Under the pieces are notes generated by a model. It saw nothing but the letters and a program-made list of their open reading frames with translations, was not told the origin of the DNA and made no database searches. A stretch of 64,000 bases of DNA from a virus (lineage: Duplodnaviria; Caudoviricetes): the IMG/VR virus record IMGVR_UViG_3300028914_000064, positions 1 through 64,000 of that record; one strand, given 5' to 3'. Below are positions 18,453-29,227 of the stretch, one piece after another (positions within the stretch are counted from its first letter, which is position 1; each line of letters opens with the position of its first letter). Both the position numbers and the translations under genes were made by a program.

Positions 18453-20481
18453 GATAATCGAACAGTCCGATCTAAATCTTGTTGACCAGCATGTCCTTAA
18501 TCTTTCTATTAGGGTTGAGGTCTACGACAAAGATTTAAACTATCTTGATAGCATGGACTGTGCTTTAATAAGTGGATCTTTTTCAATGGATGCATCCTCC
18601 GATGTAAGGAGGACTGCATCCTTTATTATTTCTCCGAATATAAAACATCAGATTGGGCTCATTATTGAGGAAGACAGTCTTATATGGATAAACAGGAATA
18701 TTGTTTTGTATGTTGGTATTCGGGATCATATTACTTTGGAATATACATATTACAAGCTTGGAATGTTTCTTATAATGACATATGGTTCTTCCTATGATGC
18801 TGTTACTAATCAGCTTACCATAAACTGTTCTGACTGGATGGCAAAGCTTGATGGTACAAAAAATGGTGAACTTGGGGCTTTAGTTACTGAATTTCCAGCT
18901 TATAAGGAGTTCTATTCAACAGAAAGTTCAGGTGGTACTGATTGTTATTATTTTAAGTACCCGGATGTCCATTATGTAAATAAGACATATCAGGTCACTT
19001 CTCCTGCTCATACTAAATATGTAGAGGGAGACTACGTTGTTCTTCAGGTTCCTATGGATAGTCAGGGCGAAGATAAGTTTAGATGGAATAGTCTTGAAGC
19101 AATAGATATATATGACCTTTCTACGGGTCTTAAGATAAGCCCAGGTGCGATGCTTGCAGATTATAATTATGCATTCAGGTTTGGTGACAGGACACTTACT
19201 CTTATGTCACATGTTCCTATAGACAAGGTACAGGATGGTGTTCCTATCGCCTACTATATTATCCGTGATGCCATGATAACAGCTATCACAAGACTTGGCG
19301 GAATTAAGGACTATAACATAGATGATATCGGAGAATTTCAGGCTATGCCACAGTATAATCCTGATTATGCGATGTATAGGAAACAGAATCCTCTTTGGAA
19401 CAATATTCCTTATGATCTTGAATTTAATGTTGGGGATAATGTTTTATCCATAGTAACGACATTAAGAGATCTCTATCCTAATTATGAGACATATTTTGAT
19501 GAAGACGGAATATTTTGCTGCGGAATGGTTCCATCAAGAAATAAAGACGATCCTTTTCTTACTGATGACTATCTTCAGAAAGTACTTATATCTGAAAACT
19601 ATGATATAGATACGACAACAATAAGGAACATCTGTGAAGTCTGGGGTGCTACTTTAGAGGTGGATTTTACGGCGGATTCGTGTGTTCTTTCCGGTACAAA
19701 TTATACAATAGATATTCCGGAATATGGAGACACCATGTTCTCAGGAGACAGGATTGCTGTTCAGGTAGAAAATACAAATCCTGCAAATGCTACTCTTACG
19801 ATACATACTATCTATACAGAATATCAGGGTGAAACAGAGATTGAAAGAGAAAAGACTTTTCCTGCTGTTGGTATCTATGATGAGATGACAGATAAACCTC
19901 TTGCTGCCGGATCACTTGACCCTGGAACGGTTTATGTCTTTAAGATAAAGACTATTCTTGTTGGTGGTGAATATCCCGTAAAGTATGCATACTTCCAATC
20001 TGAATATCAGCCGCAGGCTATGGATGTTTTGACAGATGGTACTGTTTCTACGGAAGACTGGAGATGTGCTGATGGAAGGATCGTAAAGGTTTGGAGTAAG
20101 GATTATTTCGCGGATAAGTTTGGTTGTAAGATAAAGAATATTCATTTTACGGTAGATCCTACAAGTTCTTTTACTATTCAAAAACTTGGTGAGATACTTT
20201 CTGTAAAAAGCGGAGGTGATTTTGAGAATATCACTTCTGATCAGAGAGCTCTTGCACGTGCCATTTGGGAAAATTGGAAGAGGGCAAGGCTTGTGGATAC
20301 TATATCTATTACGACTAAGCTGTCACTTTTTGCCGATGTGAATAAGAAGGTTACTTTTAGAAGACACGATAAGGAAGAAGCGGAGCCATATATCATTACA
20401 GCTGTTTCCCATGATTTTACTGCGGGAACGAGTATGCTTTCACTCTCCCACTTCTATCCTTTGTATGTGGATATGCAATGA
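18445..20481 (+). CDS. Tail/baseplate hub-like protein
   Basis: SDVRRTAS, KLGMF and YFDEDG motifs typical of Clostridia phage tail hub proteins; ATG overlaps the upstream gene end. Confidence 0.6.
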   Translation: MSRIIEQSDLNLVDQHVLNLSIRVEVYDKDLNYLDSMDCALISGSFSMDASSDVRRTASFIISPNIKHQIGLIIEEDSLIWINRNIVLYVGIRDHITLEYTYYKLGMFLIMTYGSSYDAVTNQLTINCSDWMAKLDGTKNGELGALVTEFPAYKEFYSTESSGGTDCYYFKYPDVHYVNKTYQVTSPAHTKYVEGDYVVLQVPMDSQGEDKFRWNSLEAIDIYDLSTGLKISPGAMLADYNYAFRFGDRTLTLMSHVPIDKVQDGVPIAYYIIRDAMITAITRLGGIKDYNIDDIGEFQAMPQYNPDYAMYRKQNPLWNNIPYDLEFNVGDNVLSIVTTLRDLYPNYETYFDEDGIFCCGMVPSRNKDDPFLTDDYLQKVLISENYDIDTTTIRNICEVWGATLEVDFTADSCVLSGTNYTIDIPEYGDTMFSGDRIAVQVENTNPANATLTIHTIYTEYQGETEIEREKTFPAVGIYDEMTDKPLAAGSLDPGTVYVFKIKTILVGGEYPVKYAYFQSEYQPQAMDVLTDGTVSTEDWRCADGRIVKVWSKDYFADKFGCKIKNIHFTVDPTSSFTIQKLGEILSVKSGGDFENITSDQRALARAIWENWKRARLVDTISITTKLSLFADVNKKVTFRRHDKEEAEPYIITAVSHDFTAGTSMLSLSHFYPLYVDMQ

Positions 20482-20499
20482 TAGAAAAGGAGAAATATT

Positions 20500-21828
20500 A
20501 TGGCTACTGTTAAAGAAGTTCTTGATATAGCCCGTAAATATATAGGCGTTGTTGAAAAGCCAAATAATAACGTTATCTTTAATACAAAGTATTATGGAGG
20601 GGAAGTAAATGGCCCTCAGTTTGCTTGGTGCGCAGTCTTTGTTTGGTATTGTTTTAAAGAAGCTGATGCATCAGACCTTTTTTGTGGTGGACAAAAGACT
20701 GCTCTTTGTCAGTTTGCTCTTGATCATTACAGAAAAAAAGGACAGTTTTTTAAAAAAGATCCAAAAGTAGGAGACCTTGTGTTCTTTAAATTTGGTGCAA
20801 ATCAAAGAGAAACTGACCATATAGGCTTTGTTGAGAGTATAAATTCAGATGGTTCCATAAATACCATAGAAGGAAATACTTCTGATTCAAGTCAGAACAA
20901 TGGCGGTATGGTAATGAGAAGAAAACGCTCTTCTAAGATAGTCGGATATGCAAGACCATCTTATGATGAAGAATATCTAAAGATGCCCATAAATGAGGAT
21001 ATTTATCCGCAAAAAGGAATAGATATCTCAAAGTATCAAAGTGGTATAAACTATAAGGCACTTCGCTTAGAAGGTGTTCAGTTTGTTATCTTAAAGATCA
21101 TCCGTAAGGATATGCAAAAAGATGATATGTTTGAGACACATTATAAGGGATGTTTGGAAGCTGGGATACCTGTTAAGGCAGTATATAACTATTCTTATGC
21201 TACTACCGTTGAAAAAGCAAAGATAGATGCGAAAAGAGTAGTTGAGGTCTTAAACGGAAGGCAGATTCCTGTTGTACTTGATGTTGAGGATGCTACTCAG
21301 AAGAATTTAAAAGAAAGACTTCCTCAGATAATAAATGCTTATCAGAGTGTTATCTTGGAAGCAGGTCTTAAGTTCTGCCTATATACGGGACTGTCTTTTT
21401 ATAAAAACTATATAGAACCTTATCTTTCAATGCTTAATACTACTCAGTTTTGGATCGCAAGATATCCTTATAGTGATGAGCTTAGTTTTAAGATAGCTCC
21501 TCCTGCAAATAAAAAGCCCGATGTCAAAGGTCTTATAGGATGGCAGTATACATCAAATGGAAAGATTCCTAAAGCTTATATAGGAAATCTTGATTTTGAT
21601 ATTATGTACTCTCCTATTGCTGACCAAAAAAGAAAGACGGGTGTTATAACTGCAAATTCGTTAAGGATAAGGAGTACTCCAAGTACTTTAGATTTAAATA
21701 ACGTTGTGGGATATCTTAAAAAAGGTGATAACGTTGTTATATATGCTACTGATGTTAAAACGGGTTGGTATCAGATAGATATTGAAGGAAAGAAATGGAT
21801 AAGCAATAAATACGTAAGACTAAATTAA
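20500..21828 (+). CDS. Endolysin: CHAP + GH25 muramidase + SH3b
   Basis: AWCAVFV...DHIGFVE...TIEGN (CHAP); GIDISKYQ...LDVED...GWQYTS (GH25); LRIRSTP...GWY (SH3b). Confidence 0.88.
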   Translation: MATVKEVLDIARKYIGVVEKPNNNVIFNTKYYGGEVNGPQFAWCAVFVWYCFKEADASDLFCGGQKTALCQFALDHYRKKGQFFKKDPKVGDLVFFKFGANQRETDHIGFVESINSDGSINTIEGNTSDSSQNNGGMVMRRKRSSKIVGYARPSYDEEYLKMPINEDIYPQKGIDISKYQSGINYKALRLEGVQFVILKIIRKDMQKDDMFETHYKGCLEAGIPVKAVYNYSYATTVEKAKIDAKRVVEVLNGRQIPVVLDVEDATQKNLKERLPQIINAYQSVILEAGLKFCLYTGLSFYKNYIEPYLSMLNTTQFWIARYPYSDELSFKIAPPANKKPDVKGLIGWQYTSNGKIPKAYIGNLDFDIMYSPIADQKRKTGVITANSLRIRSTPSTLDLNNVVGYLKKGDNVVIYATDVKTGWYQIDIEGKKWISNKYVRLN

Positions 21829-21848
21829 AAAAGGAAGGAGGAAATAAA

Positions 21849-22478
21849 ATGGTCATACTTATGAAGCCAAACAAGGTACTTGTATTGTCAAAGCCAAGTA
21901 AGCTCTTCCAGAAAGAGAATGCTGTTGACGATATAGTTATCTATGTTCCTGAAAAATATAATGACTATGAGTTAAAGGATTTTGTGGCTACTTTGTATTA
22001 TACTAATCCGGCAAATGAAGCATGTAGTGATGCACTTATAGCTGCAGAAGAAAGTGACAAAGAAGGTTTTATAAAATACTCTCTTCCTGTTACAACAAAG
22101 ATTACTACTGTTCCAGGTGTGATAAGTCTTTATCTGTCGCTTGTTCATACAGATATGGAAGCAGGTATTAAATATGTTTTAAAGACAAGTAATCTTGATA
22201 TAACTGTAGAGACTTGGGATGATTACTTTAAGTACATTTCTGATGATTCTTTATCAGCTATAGATGATAAGATTGCACAGCTTGATTCAAAGATCGCGGA
22301 GATAAAGGCAATAGCCCAGACTCAGATTCCGGATGATCTAAATCTTACAGAACAGGGACATCTTAATCTCTCGGTTGACGGAGCATCTATCGGAAGTGGT
22401 GTAAATATAGTAATTACTTCTGAAGATCCTGATGGAACAGATGATGGCGTTATAGATCTTGACGTTGTCGGTATCTAA
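21849..22478 (+). CDS. Baseplate-upper-like structural protein
   Basis: RBS; beta-rich N-terminus followed by a coiled coil. Confidence 0.5.
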   Translation: MVILMKPNKVLVLSKPSKLFQKENAVDDIVIYVPEKYNDYELKDFVATLYYTNPANEACSDALIAAEESDKEGFIKYSLPVTTKITTVPGVISLYLSLVHTDMEAGIKYVLKTSNLDITVETWDDYFKYISDDSLSAIDDKIAQLDSKIAEIKAIAQTQIPDDLNLTEQGHLNLSVDGASIGSGVNIVITSEDPDGTDDGVIDLDVVGI

Positions 22479-22490
22479 GGGGGTAATGTC

Positions 22491-22964
22491 ATGGCTGATG
22501 AAAAATGGATGAAGATTCCTTACTTTGCCAAAGGCAAAGCAGAGAATTTAGATAAGGCTTTACAGGGTGGAAAGTTTGATAACCTTGATAAAGCCTTATT
22601 TTATTTTGCTATAGATACAAAACAGTGGGTTTTGGTTGATGTTGATAAAAGCGTTCATGTGATAACAGGTTATAATGGGCAGCCGACTCCGAGCCCTGGT
22701 GGAGATGGAGGTGTTAAGAGGGTTGATGTTCTTCCTCCTATTTTGGCAGGTGATCTTAATACTTTATATATTCTTGGAGATACTGTTTATTCATTTAACG
22801 GCTCTAATTATGTTCCTACTTATAAAGAGGCTGAAAGTGAAATCGGTACTCTTCCGCCCGGAACAAATGTTGTTGAGTATGTCAATGATGTCAGAGAAGA
22901 AGCTATACAATCTGCCAATCAGTATACTGATGAACAGCTTCAGCTTCATGTTCTCTATGATTAA
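22491..22964 (+). CDS. Structural/fibre-associated protein
   Basis: ORF in the virion operon. Confidence 0.55.
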   Translation: MADEKWMKIPYFAKGKAENLDKALQGGKFDNLDKALFYFAIDTKQWVLVDVDKSVHVITGYNGQPTPSPGGDGGVKRVDVLPPILAGDLNTLYILGDTVYSFNGSNYVPTYKEAESEIGTLPPGTNVVEYVNDVREEAIQSANQYTDEQLQLHVLYD

Positions 22965-22976
22965 AGGAGGTGCACG

Positions 22977-23399
22977 ATGGCAACATTTACTTATTATCTG
23001 ACACCTTCAGAAAAATTCAATCAGATAGATTATCAGCTTGGAAATATCATCTTTGTTGAGGATCTTCACAGATTATATTTCGATGGTATGTATGGAAGAG
23101 TTTGTTATGACTCGATAGTTATCTTTGATACGGAGCTTGAAAGACATGAATATGAGCATCCGTTTGAAGGTTTCTATTTTGTTGAAGAGACAAAGACTCT
23201 TTGGCGTTATTATGAGGATGAGTGGACAAGCATAACAGAACCTCCGACAAATAACGTCGTATTCATACCAAAGAGTGAACTTCCTGAAGAAGGTGAGTTT
23301 GCTGTTCTTTATATATGCGACACCGAGATGTATATCTGGGATGCCGAGAATCATGAATATGTCGGAATGAATACTGAATCTATCTGGCACGAAGTTTAA
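22977..23399 (+). CDS. Structural/fibre-associated protein
   Basis: RBS; LPxxG..LY motif; ends SIWHEV. Confidence 0.55.
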   Translation: MATFTYYLTPSEKFNQIDYQLGNIIFVEDLHRLYFDGMYGRVCYDSIVIFDTELERHEYEHPFEGFYFVEETKTLWRYYEDEWTSITEPPTNNVVFIPKSELPEEGEFAVLYICDTEMYIWDAENHEYVGMNTESIWHEV

Positions 23400-23418
23400 A
23401 GAGAGGAGGGGCTTATAT

Positions 23419-23667
23419 ATGAGTTATTGGATAGATGAATCAGATCCTGGAAGAATCATGTCTTCGTCAAAACAGATACCATTCTGGGCTGATGATGAAG
23501 ATGATATTCCTAACCTTCCTACATCGACTTCTTATGGGGTTCAGCAGGGAGAAGATACTGTATCATACAGACCTTGTGGAAGGGGCTCGACCTGCACAGT
23601 TATAGGCGATGGTACTGGTGCGATCGTTTATGCTTTAAATTCAAGTGATGAATGGAAGAAACTATAA
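23419..23667 (+). CDS. Small phage protein
   Basis: RBS; DIPNLPT...GS.C...Y.LNS..W motif. Confidence 0.55.
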   Translation: MSYWIDESDPGRIMSSSKQIPFWADDEDDIPNLPTSTSYGVQQGEDTVSYRPCGRGSTCTVIGDGTGAIVYALNSSDEWKKL

Positions 23668-23684
23668 AGGAAGGAGGATAGCCT

Positions 23685-24158
23685 ATGGATAAGAAGGCTT
23701 ATATTATTGCTAAGAATTCAAGCGTTTCTTATGTGGATCAGGTTCTTGATGGTGTGACCCTGATCAATGGTAAGAATTGTGAGATCGATTCTATTACTCC
23801 TTCTCCCGATGGAAAATATACGACTGTAACTTTTGGATGGACCGGTAACAGCGGAACACATTACACGTCTGAGATGCGTGTAGATAATGGTAAGGATGGC
23901 CGTTCTATTGAGTCTATGGAGATAATCGCTGATGTCCAGAAAAAGCTTCATCTTTATGTGACTTTTGATGATGGTTCTGCCCCTGTTGATGCCGGTATCA
24001 TTCCTCTCCCAACTTTAGAGGTTGGTACTACTGAGACAGTTGAGTATGACGAACCTGCTGAAGTTATAGAAGTTACTACTGCGACTGGGATAAAGCTTAA
24101 TTTTAAGATTCCCAGAGGTGAACCTGGAACATCCGATCCTATTTGGCATGTAGTGTAA
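23685..24158 (+). CDS. Structural protein
   Basis: LNFKIPRG motif common in fibre proteins; ends PIWHVV. Confidence 0.55.
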   Translation: MDKKAYIIAKNSSVSYVDQVLDGVTLINGKNCEIDSITPSPDGKYTTVTFGWTGNSGTHYTSEMRVDNGKDGRSIESMEIIADVQKKLHLYVTFDDGSAPVDAGIIPLPTLEVGTTETVEYDEPAEVIEVTTATGIKLNFKIPRGEPGTSDPIWHVV

Positions 24159-24175
24159 GGGAAAGGAGGTAAAAA

Positions 24176-26005
24176 ATGTCTTCAAATTTATATGATAAAA
24201 CTACTCATAAGCTGATACCGATTGCAGGAAACAGTGAATCAACAGCAGCATCTTTGGGAAGTCTTTCTGATGTGGTTATAACTTCTCCTACAAATGGTCA
24301 GCATCTTACTTTTGATTTAGCAACTTCTCAGTGGAAGAATGCGGATGCATCGCTTCCTACAATAGAAGTAAATGATCTCTCTGATGTTACGATTATATCT
24401 GTTTCAAACGGACAGATACTTAAATGGAATAGTACAACAACTAAATGGGAAAATAGTAGCTTTAATGACATAACATCTCTTGGAGCTATTCCAAATGTTG
24501 ATATTAGTCAGGTTCAGGATGGAGATATCCTTGTATATGATACGACTTCCGGTAAATGGATAAATACTGCATTGGATATGTCGGATTATCAGACAAAAAA
24601 TCTTTCATCTTCTATTGCGGGGGCAAGTACCGTGGAAGGAGCTCTTGGTGCTGAAGAGACAGCTATTGAAAATGAGATTTCAACCAGAGCAACGCTTGGT
24701 GCTCATAATATTTTTGATAATAAACTGATTACCCAGACCGTAAGTAATGTTGTTTATACTGTAAATAGTGACAAATCAGTATCTTTAACTGTTAATTCTG
24801 AACTTTCATCAAATGCAGGAGCTATTTTAGGATACATTGATGTAAAAGCTGGGGAACGTTATACACTTTCTGGCGGAATAAATGCGATTGTGAGAGTAGA
24901 TTTAAGAAACAGTGATTATTCAATGTGGGTAGATAATATTGAGTCAAAAGAAGTTACGTCTCCTTCACAGAGTTATTCAGTTGATGCATTTACACCGAGT
25001 AATGATGCTACTTTGATGGTATATCTAAGAATTGATTCTTCCGTTCAGACAGGAAATGTAGGAACAGTTTATCCTATGATTCGTCTTACAACAGATACTG
25101 ATAGTACGTATGAACCATATTCTATGACAAATCAGCAAATAACACCGTATATTCAATCCATTAGTAATCCTAATTTATTAGATAATCCGTGGTTTACGGT
25201 TAATCAGAGAGGGTTTACAACAAGCTCTACTCCTGCATTACAATATTTTGCAGATAGATGGTATGTGGCTTATAATGTCTCAAGTGCGGTCGTTACACAT
25301 AATGCAGATGATAGTATAACATTGGACAATACGCCACAACTAGCTTCAGGCGTTTTGTTTTTGGGACAGAGGTTTGAAGGAGATTACTTATGTGGTAAAC
25401 AAGCAACGGTATCTGTTTTACTTTCAAATGGAAGAATTATTACGGGAACAGGTGTCTTTACTACAAAAGGGGCTAACTTAACGAGATTCATTATAGGTAG
25501 AAGCGATTTTGGTGTTTATAGTGAATATCCAAATGCAGAAACTTTGAGACTCATTATAGAAGTTTATAAGAATCAGAGTATTACGGTCAAAGCAGTAAAG
25601 ATAGAACTTGGGTCTGTTTCCACTCTTGCAATGGATACTGTTCCAAATTATCAGCAGGAACTTGCAAAATGTCAGAGATATTTTACTCGTTTTTCGTGGT
25701 CAAGTGGTTATCCGGATATTGCTTGGGGAGTTGAAACAGCAACTAATCAATTTTGGGGTTTTATTACTACTCCTGTTCCAATGAGAACTAAACCTTCAGT
25801 TTCTTCAAATGGATTACAAGCATATAAGCCAGCTCTTGAAACTGCGGTTTCTATTACAGCTGTTGCTGTTGGTTCTTATACTAGTAATAAATTAAAATTG
25901 TTATTTACAGAAAGCGCAAACGGAGTAGTTGGAACTATGGCAGAAGTTCAATTGGCTGATGATGCAGTGGGAGAAGCATATATTGCATTTTCGGCAGATT
26001 TATAA
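24176..26005 (+). CDS. Tail fibre / receptor-binding protein
   Basis: Repeated LxDLSDVxI...GQxLxW units; NPNLLDNPWFTVNQRG; ELAKCQRYF motifs. Confidence 0.75.
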   Translation: MSSNLYDKTTHKLIPIAGNSESTAASLGSLSDVVITSPTNGQHLTFDLATSQWKNADASLPTIEVNDLSDVTIISVSNGQILKWNSTTTKWENSSFNDITSLGAIPNVDISQVQDGDILVYDTTSGKWINTALDMSDYQTKNLSSSIAGASTVEGALGAEETAIENEISTRATLGAHNIFDNKLITQTVSNVVYTVNSDKSVSLTVNSELSSNAGAILGYIDVKAGERYTLSGGINAIVRVDLRNSDYSMWVDNIESKEVTSPSQSYSVDAFTPSNDATLMVYLRIDSSVQTGNVGTVYPMIRLTTDTDSTYEPYSMTNQQITPYIQSISNPNLLDNPWFTVNQRGFTTSSTPALQYFADRWYVAYNVSSAVVTHNADDSITLDNTPQLASGVLFLGQRFEGDYLCGKQATVSVLLSNGRIITGTGVFTTKGANLTRFIIGRSDFGVYSEYPNAETLRLIIEVYKNQSITVKAVKIELGSVSTLAMDTVPNYQQELAKCQRYFTRFSWSSGYPDIAWGVETATNQFWGFITTPVPMRTKPSVSSNGLQAYKPALETAVSITAVAVGSYTSNKLKLLFTESANGVVGTMAEVQLADDAVGEAYIAFSADL

Positions 26006-26095
26006 GAGCTTAAATAATATGAAAAAATTAATGTTTTGAAAAACACTTTAGAAGAGTCCTTAAGGGGCTCTTTTTTATTTTAAGGAGACTATATT

Positions 26096-26455
26096 ATGAA
26101 TGGATTTTACACTAATCCTTATCAGAATCAGCTTTATCAGTCTTATATGCAACCTTTACAGCAGGCTCAGACAACAAACATTGTAAAGGTAAATGGAAAG
26201 CCTGGTGCTGATGCATATCAGCTTGGGCCTAATAGCAGTGCTCTTCTTCTCGATGAAACGGCTGCAATGGTTTGGCTTGTTCAGACAGATGGAGCTGGTT
26301 ATAAAACAGCAACTGCTTATGACATTATTCCTCATAAGGAAGTTAAGCAGGAAGATATGTTCAAAAAACTTGAAGATAGAATAACTAAATTGGAGGATAA
26401 AGTAAATGCTAAATCCAATTCTTCAGATGCTAAATCAAAAAAGTCCGCAGAATAA
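26096..26455 (+). CDS. Conserved gut-phage protein (Q/N-rich cluster gene 1)
   Basis: VNGxxGAxAYxLxPNSSxLLLDE...K/QTDGAGY pattern. Confidence 0.65.
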   Translation: MNGFYTNPYQNQLYQSYMQPLQQAQTTNIVKVNGKPGADAYQLGPNSSALLLDETAAMVWLVQTDGAGYKTATAYDIIPHKEVKQEDMFKKLEDRITKLEDKVNAKSNSSDAKSKKSAE

Positions 26456-26672
26456 TGTTATGATGCAGGCTTTTGGAGCAATGATGAGAGGTGAATCTCC
26501 TCAACAGTTTTTGCAAAAGCTTGCACAGTCAGATCCAAGATTACAAGGTCTTGATTTATCAAACCCAGAAAAAGCTGCTGAAGATTTATATCGTCAAAAT
26601 GGACAAGATATAAATGAAGCAAAAGCTTCAGTAAAAGGTAAGATAAGTCAGTTCCTTAGTAATAAACAGTAA
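26406..26672 (+). CDS. Q/N/M-rich cluster gene 2
   Basis: GGAGG RBS; overlaps gene 1. Confidence 0.65.
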   Translation: MLNPILQMLNQKSPQNNVMMQAFGAMMRGESPQQFLQKLAQSDPRLQGLDLSNPEKAAEDLYRQNGQDINEAKASVKGKISQFLSNKQ

Positions 26673-26708
26673 CTAATAACTAATATTTTTTAGAAAGGGG
26701 AATTTACT

Positions 26709-27242
26709 ATGAACGAATCTACAGGTTTCATGTCAAATGATTGGTTAGGAGCATTTTTGATTATCGCTATTTTATTTGGTGGCGGTTTTGGTGGTTTCGG
26801 AGGACATGGAGTTATGCCAAATTATGCGACAGTTCAGGATGTAAATCAGGCAGTAGATAATCAGGCAACGCAGGCAAGTCTTCAGAATGTATTGCTTAGC
26901 AGTGCAAATAATAACTATGAGACTGCAAGACTTGTTGAGAATCAGACTACTCAGCTTATGAATCAGAACAATACAAATCTTATCAATGCTATTCAGGGAT
27001 TTAATAATGTTTCTCAGCAGATCATGAATCAGACAAATGTTCTTGGATCTAAGCTTGATCAGCTCGGTTTCCAGATGGATCAGTGCTGCTGCTCTATTAA
27101 GACTCTTATTAAGGATAATCAGATTGCAGATCTTACAAATCAGCTTAATAATGCAAATAACGCAGCAATCAATTCTGCTCAGAGTCAGTATCTCCTTTCT
27201 CAGTTGGGCAAGTGGACTCCTTATACATCTACAACAACTTGA
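26709..27242 (+). CDS. Q/N-rich cluster gene 3 (hydrophobic Gly-rich N-terminus, CCC motif)
   Basis: WLGAFLIIAILFGGGFGGFGG...QCCC. Confidence 0.7.
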   Translation: MNESTGFMSNDWLGAFLIIAILFGGGFGGFGGHGVMPNYATVQDVNQAVDNQATQASLQNVLLSSANNNYETARLVENQTTQLMNQNNTNLINAIQGFNNVSQQIMNQTNVLGSKLDQLGFQMDQCCCSIKTLIKDNQIADLTNQLNNANNAAINSAQSQYLLSQLGKWTPYTSTTT

Positions 27243-27252
27243 GGTGATATAA

Positions 27253-27564
27253 ATGTGGATAATCAAATCATTAGTTGAAAAAATAGATGATGAACTCATG
27301 GATGCTGAGAAGTATATAAATTGCGCATATGAAACTAAGATGGATTATCCTGATGTTTCTACGTTATTTTATAAACTTTCTCAGGAAGAGATGAAGCATA
27401 TGCAAATGCTTCATACACAAGTTGTTCAGATAATTGAAGAGCATAAAAAGACTAAAGAAGTTCCGCCTGTTATGAAAGAATTATATAACTATTTGCATCA
27501 AAGACAGATAGAATGGGCGGCAAAAATAGAATTAAAGCAAAAGAATTTTACGACCAATAAGTAA
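27253..27564 (+). CDS. Ferritin-like helical protein (cluster gene 4)
   Basis: DDELMDAEKY...EEMKHMQMLH (ExxH). Confidence 0.55.
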   Translation: MWIIKSLVEKIDDELMDAEKYINCAYETKMDYPDVSTLFYKLSQEEMKHMQMLHTQVVQIIEEHKKTKEVPPVMKELYNYLHQRQIEWAAKIELKQKNFTTNK

Positions 27565-27578
27565 GGGGGTAACAAAAT

Positions 27579-29168
27579 ATGGCTAATGTTATTTTTAAAA
27601 AAGTCATTGCCCAAGGTGGTCAGACAGCAAAGGAAAGATATGATGCTATGACTCATGATGAGGGTACATTTTATCTTGTAGGGTCTGAACTTTATCTTGG
27701 AGAAGTATTGCTTTCTGCCAATATTGCGGAAGAGATTTCATATGATAATACTACAACTTCAATGACAGCAGACGATGTGCAGGATGCTATCGATGAACTG
27801 CATGGGTTAGATGCAGATAAGACTGTTTATATGGAGGATGCTTCATCAGGTCAGAGCGAGTATGCTAAAGTTTATAACTTCTATCAGGGATCGGAAGGAA
27901 GTTCTCTTTCTCCTGTAGTTGGGGAACTTATCGGAACAATCAATATTCCTTTGGATAAGGTTGTTCAGGATGGTTCAGTTGTTGAGGTTGTATTTGTTGA
28001 AGGAACGGGAGGAGATCCTGATTCACTTCACGAAGGAGATGCATCCGGTCCGGATGTAACTGAATTAATTAAAGGATCATCTACTCCTACAGAGGCGGAT
28101 GCCGGAAAATATATAAAGCTTGTACTTCAGAATGTTACAGATCCTTTGTATATCGCAGTTAAAGATCTTGTAGATGTTTATACTGGTGGTACAAATGACG
28201 AAGCAACTGTAACTATTGATGGAAATAATGTCATTACAGTAGCGATTGGAAAAGTTAATGCAACTAAAGTCATCTATCAGGAAGCTTCAGATGCTACATA
28301 TGATCAGGTTGTTGCTCCTGCAACTTTTGATGAAAATGAAACATATTATACATATGATAGTGCAACAGATACTTATTCAGTAGATTCTACAGTAACGGCT
28401 TTGAATTTTGATGATAAGGTTGCCGCTGGATTATATGTTGAAGATACTCCTGCTGTCTCAGAGATCAATGTAAAAGATCAGATTGATACAGTTGATGGAA
28501 AAGTTGATAACCTTGCGGATTATGTAGGCACTTTTACTCCTGAGCCCGGTGTAGAGACAGTTATAGATTATGTTGATACAAAGACAGGTGAAGGTGTTGG
28601 TGCTCTTAATTCTGAGGCTGGTATTGCTTCTGTTTCTTCTAATGTTGTTACTATCAAGGCAGGTATTGTTGAGACGGAAGGTCTTATCAATAACTCTCCT
28701 TCAGCTGTTTCTGGAACTCAGCATGTTGGTTATTATGATGATGGAAAGTTTTGGGAGGAAGCTCTGGTTGAGGGTTATTTGAATACTGTTGATGGAAAGT
28801 TTTATGAGGAAAGTACTTATACAACAGAGATTCCTGCTGTAACGGGACAGATCTATAAAGATCTTTCAACAGATATTACATATGAGTGGGACGACACTCT
28901 TGTAACTCCTGCGTATGTTGAAGCTACAAGAACAGAGATCACACCAAATACAACTGATTATTATACAGATACTCCAAGTAATAAGAATTATAAATGGACT
29001 GGTAAGGCTTATGCTCTTATCTCTGCTGATATTGTTCTTGAAGAAGTCGCTGTAACAGGTGCTGCAGCTGATGTTTCGTATGATAATACGACAAGTCAGA
29101 TGACAGCGGATGATGTTCAGGAAGCTATTGATGAGATAGCCGGAAGACTTACTTGGAATGAAGTTTAA
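27579..29168 (+). CDS. Acidic virion fibre/decoration protein
   Basis: Duplicated SYDNTTxxMTADDVQxAIDE motif near both termini; ends TWNEV. Confidence 0.6.
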   Translation: MANVIFKKVIAQGGQTAKERYDAMTHDEGTFYLVGSELYLGEVLLSANIAEEISYDNTTTSMTADDVQDAIDELHGLDADKTVYMEDASSGQSEYAKVYNFYQGSEGSSLSPVVGELIGTINIPLDKVVQDGSVVEVVFVEGTGGDPDSLHEGDASGPDVTELIKGSSTPTEADAGKYIKLVLQNVTDPLYIAVKDLVDVYTGGTNDEATVTIDGNNVITVAIGKVNATKVIYQEASDATYDQVVAPATFDENETYYTYDSATDTYSVDSTVTALNFDDKVAAGLYVEDTPAVSEINVKDQIDTVDGKVDNLADYVGTFTPEPGVETVIDYVDTKTGEGVGALNSEAGIASVSSNVVTIKAGIVETEGLINNSPSAVSGTQHVGYYDDGKFWEEALVEGYLNTVDGKFYEESTYTTEIPAVTGQIYKDLSTDITYEWDDTLVTPAYVEATRTEITPNTTDYYTDTPSNKNYKWTGKAYALISADIVLEEVAVTGAAADVSYDNTTSQMTADDVQEAIDEIAGRLTWNEV

Positions 29169-29227
29169 TTATAATGGAGAGGATGATAAAACATCCTCTC
29201 CTATTTTTTGAATAGGAGGGAAAATAT

